31,953 nt of DNA from a virus (lineage: Duplodnaviria > Caudoviricetes), in IMG/VR virus record IMGVR_UViG_3300037796_000043, positions 1-31,953 of that record; one strand, 5' to 3'. The translations under genes were made by a program, and so were the position numbers. Numbering within the stretch: position 1 is the stretch's first letter; each line of letters opens with the position of its first letter. The notes beneath the pieces were generated by a model that was given only the letters and a program-made list of their open reading frames with translations, was not told the DNA's origin and made no database searches. Below, piece after piece: positions 26,357 through 31,953 of this stretch.

Positions 26357-27135
26357 AGATAGACGGCCTCACGCACCCCAAGACCAAAGAGCTGGCCTTC
26401 ACGCTTGAGATCCCGCTTCCCCATGCCATCGGTCTGCTTGAGCTGCTGTGGGCCTTCGTGGCTCAGCAGACACCGCAGGGGAATATCGGCAAGTGGTCGA
26501 ACCAGGTGATCGCCGGCGAGGCAGGCTGGCAGGGCGATGCCGATCAGTTTGTCAGCGCGCTCATAAGCGTCGGCTTTCTCGACGAAAACGACGATCACAG
26601 ACTGCTCGTACACGACTGGTCAGACCATGCCCCCAACTGGGTTCACGCCAAACTTAAGAAAAAGGGAAGGGCAATCATAAGCCCGGACTTAAGTCCAGAC
26701 TTAAGAGAGGGACAAGACCCGCCCCCAGGGGCTACTACTAGCCTAGCCAAGCCTAGCCAAGCCAGTAAAGACTACTCACCTGACGGTGAGTGTGAATCGC
26801 CTGACGGCGAATCACCCGACGACGACGGCGCGAGCAAGAAGCCACCAACCCCGCTCAAGGAAATCCTGGAGCTGTACCGCTCGTGCTGCCCCAGCCTGCC
26901 CGACGTGGTGAAGCTGACGCCAGCGCGGGAGCAGGCCATCAGGGCGCGGTGGCGAAACGAGCTGCCGACGCTCGAGGACTGGGAGCAGTATTTCAGAACG
27001 GTCGAGATGTCTGACTTCCTATCGGGCCGGGCACCACCGAGCGGTGCAAGGCAAAAACCGTTCCGCGCCGACCTGGACTTCCTGATCAAGCAGGGCAACT
27101 GCGTGAAGGTGATGGAGGGCAAGTACGATGATTGA
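26353..27135 (+). CDS. Phage replication initiator protein
   Basis: HPKTKELA...IGLLELLW wHTH-like N-terminus, HDWSDH, repeat-rich linker, C-terminal ADLDFLIKQGNCVKVMEGKY; directly upstream of dnaB. Confidence 0.8.
   Translation: MKIDGLTHPKTKELAFTLEIPLPHAIGLLELLWAFVAQQTPQGNIGKWSNQVIAGEAGWQGDADQFVSALISVGFLDENDDHRLLVHDWSDHAPNWVHAKLKKKGRAIISPDLSPDLREGQDPPPGATTSLAKPSQASKDYSPDGECESPDGESPDDDGASKKPPTPLKEILELYRSCCPSLPDVVKLTPAREQAIRARWRNELPTLEDWEQYFRTVEMSDFLSGRAPPSGARQKPFRADLDFLIKQGNCVKVMEGKYDD
26652..26830. repeat. Candidate replication origin repeats within initiator gene
   Basis: ACTTAAG x3 (26652, 26687, 26699), tandem GCCTAGCCAA x2 (26741-26760), palindromes CTCACC-TGAC-GGTGAG and TCGCC-TGAC-GGCGA. 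Confidence 0.55.
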
Positions 27136-28513
27136 CCCCAACGTCAAAGCGCCCCCGCACAGCAACGAAGCCGAGCAATCGGTCCTGGGCGCGGTGATGA
27201 TGGCCGGCGTCGGCAAGGTCGCGCACCTGCTGACCGAGGATGACTTCTACCGCGAAACTCATCGCTTGATCTGGAAAGCCTGCGTCGAGATCGACGCGGC
27301 CGGCGACCGCTGCGACGCGGTCACGGTCGGCGAATGGTTCCAGCGCCAGGGCAAGTTCAAGAAGGTGGACAACGGCGCTTACCTGACGATGCTCGCCAAT
27401 GAAACCCCTGGCCCCGCGAATATGGTCGGCTACGCCAAGATCGTGCGCCAGAAGGCAATCCTTCGCGGACTGATAGGTCTGTCGGCGGACTTGGGCGACC
27501 GGGCGATGGCGGGCGAGGAACCCGAGGCCATCGTCTCGGACATGAGCGAGCGGCTGCTGGACTGGACGGGCAAGGACACGTTCACCGGCCCGAAGCCGAT
27601 CACGCAGTTCGCCGCGCGGTGGCTTGACGACCTCGACCGCCGGGCGCAACCGGACTTCGAGCCGATCACCACCGGGCTGGTGGATGTGGACCGGGGAATG
27701 ATGGGGATGCTCCCGTCTGACCTGATCCTGCTCGCTGGCCGACCCGGCTCGGGCAAGACCGCCGCCGCCCTGCAAATCGCCGAACACGTCAGCCGGTCGA
27801 AGCCGGTTCAGGTCTTCAGCCTGGAAATGGCGGGCGAGCAACTGGTGGCCCGCGCGGCCGGCATGGGCATCCCGCCCGAGCGGCTGCGTGACCCGAAGCG
27901 GCTGACGAAAGACGACTGGCGCAAGATCCGCGAGGGGCTGGCGCTGCTCAAGTCGCACCAGCTGATCATCGATGACACGGCGGGGTTGCACGTCAACCAG
28001 GTCGCCGCGAGGGCGCGGTACACGCACCGCAAGCACGACACGGCGCTGATCGTCGTGGACTACCTGCAACTGCTCAAGGCCGGCGGCGAGAATCGCACGA
28101 ACGAAATCTCCGAAATCAGCCGGTCGCTCAAGAAGCTGGCGAAGGACTTGGCGGTTCCGGTGGTGGCCGTCTCGCAGCTCAACCGCAGCGTCGAGGCCCG
28201 TGGCGACAAGCGCCCGCAGATGTCTGACCTGCGCGAGAGCGGCCAGCTCGAACAGGACGCTGACCAGATCATCTTTCTCTACCGCCACGGCTACTACCAC
28301 GACGACTTTGATTCCAACGTGGCCGAGTGGATCCGGGCTAAGCACCGGGGCGGTCCGACCGGAGTCCACTACACGATGTGGCTGCCCGAGCGCACGAAGT
28401 TTGCGAACGCCGACGCTTCGGCTATCGCCGAGTACAAGTCGCTGCTCGAGCAGGGACAGCAGACCGGCCGCAAGCAAAGTCGGTTCCAGAAGATGGCAGG
28501 AGGCGCAGCATGA
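27128..28513 (+). CDS. dnaB: Replicative DNA helicase
   Basis: PPHSNEAEQSVLG, AGRPGSGKT, FSLEM, VDYLQL, SQLNR, SDLRESGQLEQDAD, KHRGGPTG. Confidence 0.97.
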   Translation: MIDPNVKAPPHSNEAEQSVLGAVMMAGVGKVAHLLTEDDFYRETHRLIWKACVEIDAAGDRCDAVTVGEWFQRQGKFKKVDNGAYLTMLANETPGPANMVGYAKIVRQKAILRGLIGLSADLGDRAMAGEEPEAIVSDMSERLLDWTGKDTFTGPKPITQFAARWLDDLDRRAQPDFEPITTGLVDVDRGMMGMLPSDLILLAGRPGSGKTAAALQIAEHVSRSKPVQVFSLEMAGEQLVARAAGMGIPPERLRDPKRLTKDDWRKIREGLALLKSHQLIIDDTAGLHVNQVAARARYTHRKHDTALIVVDYLQLLKAGGENRTNEISEISRSLKKLAKDLAVPVVAVSQLNRSVEARGDKRPQMSDLRESGQLEQDADQIIFLYRHGYYHDDFDSNVAEWIRAKHRGGPTGVHYTMWLPERTKFANADASAIAEYKSLLEQGQQTGRKQSRFQKMAGGAA

Positions 28514-29397
28514 AACCAGTAAACCGATTATTCATCAGCTTTTCCGGCGGCGAGACGTCGGCATTCATGGCGCAGTGGCTTATTGAAAACCGCGCTGACC
28601 AGTATGACGAGGTTCTTTGCCTGTTCGCCAACACAGGCCAGGAAAACGAAGAAACGCTGTATTTCGTAGAGCGGTGCGATCAGCAATTCGGGCTAAACGT
28701 GGTCTGGGTTGAAGCGGATGTGCAGCACGGATCGCGGGAGAGCACCAAGCACCGCGTCGTGGATTTCGTGACCGCTTCACGCCAAGGCGAGCCGTTCGAG
28801 TCGGTTATTGAAAAGTATGGCATCCCGAATCAGGCGTACCCCCACTGCACTCGCGAACTAAAACTTAATCCCATGCGTAGCTATCTAGACTCCATTGGAT
28901 GGGAGAAGGGCACTTACGACACGGCTATCGGCATTCGCTCTGATGAAATTGACCGGATCTCACCAGAGCGAGAACGCTTACGGCTGATCTACCCCCTGGT
29001 CACTGATAAGCCAATGACTAAGCCTCGCATCAACCAGTGGTGGTCAGGGCAGCCTTTCAGACTAAACCTCAAGGGCTATGAGGGCAACTGCAAATGGTGC
29101 TGGAAAAAGTCTCTTAGAAAGCACTTGACGCTGATTACTGAGCATCCTGAGTGGTACAAGTTCCCCGAGCGGATGGAGCGCGAGCACGGGCTTTCTGGCC
29201 ACAACATTGATGGCACCCCCAGAGTGTTCTTTCGGGGCGGCCGGTGCGTTGATGACATTCGCCAGATCGCCGCCCAAGGCGGCTGGCAGCCCGCAGCCGA
29301 CGATGCGCGTGATTACACCGACCAGCTAGAGCTTGATCTAGACGTTGGCGGCGGCTGCACAGAGTCCTGCGAAGTCAATTGGGAGGATGCCGCATGA
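28510..29397 (+). CDS. PAPS reductase/adenine nucleotide alpha-hydrolase family protein 1
   Basis: PP-loop SFSGGETS, FANTGQE, CTRELK, IGIRSDE, YPL, GNCKWCWKK, GGCTESCE; ATG 28510 overlaps dnaB stop. Confidence 0.85.
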   Translation: MKPVNRLFISFSGGETSAFMAQWLIENRADQYDEVLCLFANTGQENEETLYFVERCDQQFGLNVVWVEADVQHGSRESTKHRVVDFVTASRQGEPFESVIEKYGIPNQAYPHCTRELKLNPMRSYLDSIGWEKGTYDTAIGIRSDEIDRISPERERLRLIYPLVTDKPMTKPRINQWWSGQPFRLNLKGYEGNCKWCWKKSLRKHLTLITEHPEWYKFPERMEREHGLSGHNIDGTPRVFFRGGRCVDDIRQIAAQGGWQPAADDARDYTDQLELDLDVGGGCTESCEVNWEDAA

Positions 29398-30176
29398 AAC
29401 CAGCCGGCTACAAGAGCAATGAGCCATCAGCAGGCGACGTAATAGCGGTCTGGTTCTCGTGCGGCGCGGCAAGCGCCGTGGCCGCCAAACTGACCCTAGA
29501 GAAACATCCAGAATGCACCGTCCGAGTTATCAACAATCCGGTCAAAGAGGAGGACGAGGATAACCGTCGATTTCTCAAAGATGTCGAGCGATGGATCGGG
29601 CAAGAGATTGAAATCGCGACAAACGAAAACTACCCGGAGTGCTCGGCGCGCGAGGTTTGGGAAAAGCGCAAGTACATGGAGGGCGTAGCAGGCGCGCCAT
29701 GCACCCTTGAGCTGAAAAAGAAAGCCCGCCAGCAGTGGGAGGCAAATAACCACCACGACTGGATAGTTCTTGGGTTTACATGGGAAGAACAGCCGCGCTT
29801 CGACCGCTTCAAGATGATGGAGCGGGAAAACATCCTCCCTGTGCTGATTGAGGACAAGATCAGCAAGCCCGAGTGCTACCAGCGGATTCTTGAGGCGGGC
29901 ATAAAGCTGCCCCGCGTCTACCGAATGGGCTATCCGAACGCCAACTGCATTGGGTGCGTTAAGGCAACAAGCCCGACGTACTGGAACCACGTTAGAGAAA
30001 ACCATCCAGAGGTATTTGCCGACAGAGCAGAACAGTCAAGGAGGCTTGGCGCTCGGCTGGTTCGCTACAAAAACGAGCGGATATTTCTTGACGAGCTGCC
30101 AGAAGATGCCGCTGGCGCTGACATGAAAAACATGGACTTTGAGTGCGGGATTTTCTGCGAGGAGCGGGAAGAATGA
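29394..30176 (+). CDS. PAPS reductase/adenine nucleotide alpha-hydrolase family protein 2
   Basis: WFSCGAASAVA, APCTLELKK, LGFTWEE..R, NANCIGCVK, ECGIFCE; ATG 29394. Confidence 0.8.
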   Translation: MKPAGYKSNEPSAGDVIAVWFSCGAASAVAAKLTLEKHPECTVRVINNPVKEEDEDNRRFLKDVERWIGQEIEIATNENYPECSAREVWEKRKYMEGVAGAPCTLELKKKARQQWEANNHHDWIVLGFTWEEQPRFDRFKMMERENILPVLIEDKISKPECYQRILEAGIKLPRVYRMGYPNANCIGCVKATSPTYWNHVRENHPEVFADRAEQSRRLGARLVRYKNERIFLDELPEDAAGADMKNMDFECGIFCEEREE

Positions 30177-30191
30177 AACCAGCCGGCTACA
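29394..30191 (+). repeat. 19-bp direct repeat ATGAAACCAGCCGGCTACA at 29394-29412 and 30173-30191
   Basis: Exact match read from the sequence; partial third copy ATGAAACCAG at 28510-28519. Confidence 0.9.
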
Positions 30192-30367
30192 CCCTCACCC
30201 GAATCACCGAATCCCGCTACCGCGCCTCACGCGGCCCAAGACACGCCTACCTGACCCTGATCGACGGGCAGTGGCGGCAGACGACGAAGGATGGGGCGCC
30301 GGTCACGAAGGGCATTGCGCCGCCCGAACTGGAGCTGATTGTGGCGGCGATTGAGGGGGAGGCATGA
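30173..30367 (+). CDS. Hypothetical protein (64 aa)
   Basis: MKPAGYTLTRITE...; ATGA-coupled at both ends. Confidence 0.6.
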   Translation: MKPAGYTLTRITESRYRASRGPRHAYLTLIDGQWRQTTKDGAPVTKGIAPPELELIVAAIEGEA

Positions 30368-31557
30368 CATGGCTATACATTCCATCGAGCTATGCGCCGG
30401 AGTCGGGATGCTCGGAGAAGGCACACGAGCCGCATTCGACTTTCTTGGCATCGGACACCGAACCGTTTGCTACGTGGAACTCGAAGCCGCTGCAGCCGGC
30501 CAGCTTGTCACGCTTATGGAAGCGGGAATCCTTGATCCGGCGCCTGTCTGGTCTGACCTGCTTACTTTCGACAGCGCAGCGTGGCGCGGAAAAGTGGATT
30601 GCCTCATTGCCGGATTCCCCTGTCAAGATCTATCCATTGCCGGGCGCAGATCAGGGCTCGACGGAAAGCGATCCGGGCTGTTCTTCGACATCCTCAGCAT
30701 CGCAGATGATTGCGGAGCGCAGCTGCTCGTTCTGGAGAACGTCAGTGCCATCGCTTCTGCCACCGCCACCGTTGTGGACGAAACCGAAGAGCTCGACGAA
30801 CGAGCAGCCTCCAGAGTCGTGGGGGAACTGGCCGACCGCGGGTGGGACTCGGAGTGGATCACTGTTCGAGCGTCCGACGTGGGAGCCAGCCACCAGCGCG
30901 CCAGATGGTTCTGCCTCGCTTGGCGGGTGGATGACTCCAAGCGTGGTCAGTGCGCTAGGGAGCGAGTACACGCGCGACCAGGGCCAGAAGGGCGCGGAAC
31001 GGCCGACGCTTGCGGGGCAGGCGAACTATTGGCTGACTCCGAACACCCCGAACGGAGGCCGGAGCGTGCCGCCGGAGATCGTGTCGAGCAAGGGCATGAC
31101 GGAGAGCGGCAAGCGCACTGTCGGACTGGAGTCGCAGAGCCGCCACTGGCCGACACCGGTGTCGAACGACGACAACAAAACGCCGGAAGCGCACATGGCG
31201 ATGAAGGCCCGCATGAAGGGCGGGGCACGGAAGTCGATCACCAGCCTTCAGGTTCTGGCTCAGCAGTGGCCGACCCCGGCGACTCGGGACGTGAAAGGCT
31301 CGAACAGCGCGGAGTTTGTGGCGCACTGCCCATTTTCGCCCCGGGCCCCGAAGATAACCGATGGGCAGGAATCCTCGAGCAATTCCCCCACCTCGCCCCG
31401 GCGACTGAACCCGGCGTTTGCGGGCTGGTTGATGGGCTGCCCCTGGTGGTGGACGAATCCCGGACTCACCAGCTCCGCGCAATCGGAAATGGCGTCGTAC
31501 CGCTACAGGCTGCGACAGCACTTGTCGAGCTTTTTCGGCGATCAGGGATCGGGGTGA
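30364..31557 (+). CDS. Alternative-frame methyltransferase partner (WxTP repeats + motif IX)
   Basis: 397 aa open frame with SD and ATGA coupling; four WxTP repeats; RRLNPAFAGWLMGCPWWWT resembles C5-MTase motif IX. Confidence 0.65.
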   Translation: MTWLYIPSSYAPESGCSEKAHEPHSTFLASDTEPFATWNSKPLQPASLSRLWKRESLIRRLSGLTCLLSTAQRGAEKWIASLPDSPVKIYPLPGADQGSTESDPGCSSTSSASQMIAERSCSFWRTSVPSLLPPPPLWTKPKSSTNEQPPESWGNWPTAGGTRSGSLFERPTWEPATSAPDGSASLGGWMTPSVVSALGSEYTRDQGQKGAERPTLAGQANYWLTPNTPNGGRSVPPEIVSSKGMTESGKRTVGLESQSRHWPTPVSNDDNKTPEAHMAMKARMKGGARKSITSLQVLAQQWPTPATRDVKGSNSAEFVAHCPFSPRAPKITDGQESSSNSPTSPRRLNPAFAGWLMGCPWWWTNPGLTSSAQSEMASYRYRLRQHLSSFFGDQGSG

Positions 31558-31565
31558 AGGCATGA
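30369..31565 (+). CDS. C5-cytosine DNA methyltransferase (motifs I-VIII and X)
   Basis: IELCAGVG (I), AGFPCQDLSIAG (IV), RSGLF (V), LENV (VI), GASHQRARWF (VIII), LRAIGNGVVP (X). Confidence 0.9.
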   Translation: MAIHSIELCAGVGMLGEGTRAAFDFLGIGHRTVCYVELEAAAAGQLVTLMEAGILDPAPVWSDLLTFDSAAWRGKVDCLIAGFPCQDLSIAGRRSGLDGKRSGLFFDILSIADDCGAQLLVLENVSAIASATATVVDETEELDERAASRVVGELADRGWDSEWITVRASDVGASHQRARWFCLAWRVDDSKRGQCARERVHARPGPEGRGTADACGAGELLADSEHPERRPERAAGDRVEQGHDGERQAHCRTGVAEPPLADTGVERRQQNAGSAHGDEGPHEGRGTEVDHQPSGSGSAVADPGDSGRERLEQRGVCGALPIFAPGPEDNRWAGILEQFPHLAPATEPGVCGLVDGLPLVVDESRTHQLRAIGNGVVPLQAATALVELFRRSGIGVKA

Positions 31566-31953
31566 CCGAAAAGACTTTCTGGCGCACCGTCCGCAAGAAC
31601 GGCACGACGGGGCTAGCCCCAGCCGACCGGGCAACGGCAGAGGTCGCGAGCAAGTGGCGCGAGGGCGAGACGCGGGGCGGGAAGCTGACGAAGCCTAGAA
31701 GCATCCAGTTTCACCGGCTGGCCCACGCCATTGGCGGACTGGTCGCCGAGAACCTTGACGACTTCCACGGCATGGACGCGCATCGCGTGATTAAGCGACT
31801 CCAGGTCGAAAGCGGCGTCGGCTGCGATGAGATGGCGATCAGGCTTGGCGGGCAGATGGCAATCCACCGGATGCCCAAATCGCTGTCCTTTTCCACTATG
31901 GCGCAGGACGAATTTAAAGAGGTGATGGCCGGGATTTGCCACCACCTCGTGAA
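31562..31953 (+). CDS. DUF1367-like nin-region protein, truncated by window end
   Basis: MTEKTFWR...KPRSIQFHRLAH...PKSLSFSTMAQDEF; open to the end of the window. Confidence 0.55.
   Translation, partial: MTEKTFWRTVRKNGTTGLAPADRATAEVASKWREGETRGGKLTKPRSIQFHRLAHAIGGLVAENLDDFHGMDAHRVIKRLQVESGVGCDEMAIRLGGQMAIHRMPKSLSFSTMAQDEFKEVMAGICHHLV

Noticed and set aside
27086-28477. 463-aa antisense ORF over dnaB
   Set aside because: Mirror-frame shadow of a conserved gene; no independent signals
28510-30176. PAPS-reductase-like genes supplying PAPS to the sulfotransferase, or acting as cysH metabolic genes
   Set aside because: They are in a different operon, no APS kinase is present, and such genes are common in phage replication regions without sulfotransferases; the link is unsupported
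30364-31565. Methyltransferase as a frameshifted pseudogene or sequencing error
   Set aside because: Both frames are open end to end with their own starts, and two compensating errors would be needed
1-31953. CRISPR array, rRNA, IS element, integrase or lysis cassette
   Set aside because: None recognised; lysis genes probably lie outside the window

Overview
The window is about 32 kb of a long-tailed dsDNA phage (HK97/lambdoid layout). The + strand late operon (44-19002) runs terS, terL, portal, prohead protease, HK97-fold major capsid, neck, tail tube, frameshifted tail chaperone, tape measure and only two tail-tip genes. A - strand early operon (24258 down to ~19100) carries small ORFs, a short C5-methyltransferase-like gene, a SPOUT/TrmH RNA methyltransferase, ERF, a YqaJ exonuclease, SSB and an apparent xis stub. 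A + strand early/replication operon (24361 to the end) carries a Cro-like gene, two ParB-like genes, an initiator, DnaB, two PAPS-reductase-family genes and a C5 methyltransferase. No cI, integrase or lysis genes are visible in the window. The most notable observations are: (1) a three-gene Maf/GT42-like transferase + GT8-like glycosyltransferase + sulfotransferase cassette inside the neck genes, with Ser-Pro loop insertions in virion proteins, suggesting a virion glycosylation/sulfation system; (2) a C5 methyltransferase locus with two frames open over ~1.2 kb and the conserved motifs split between them; (3) a bare divergent promoter pair without cI plus a truncated xis; (4) a 19-bp start-codon duplication flanking one PAPS-reductase gene. 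All family calls come from motifs recognised by eye; no database searches were run.
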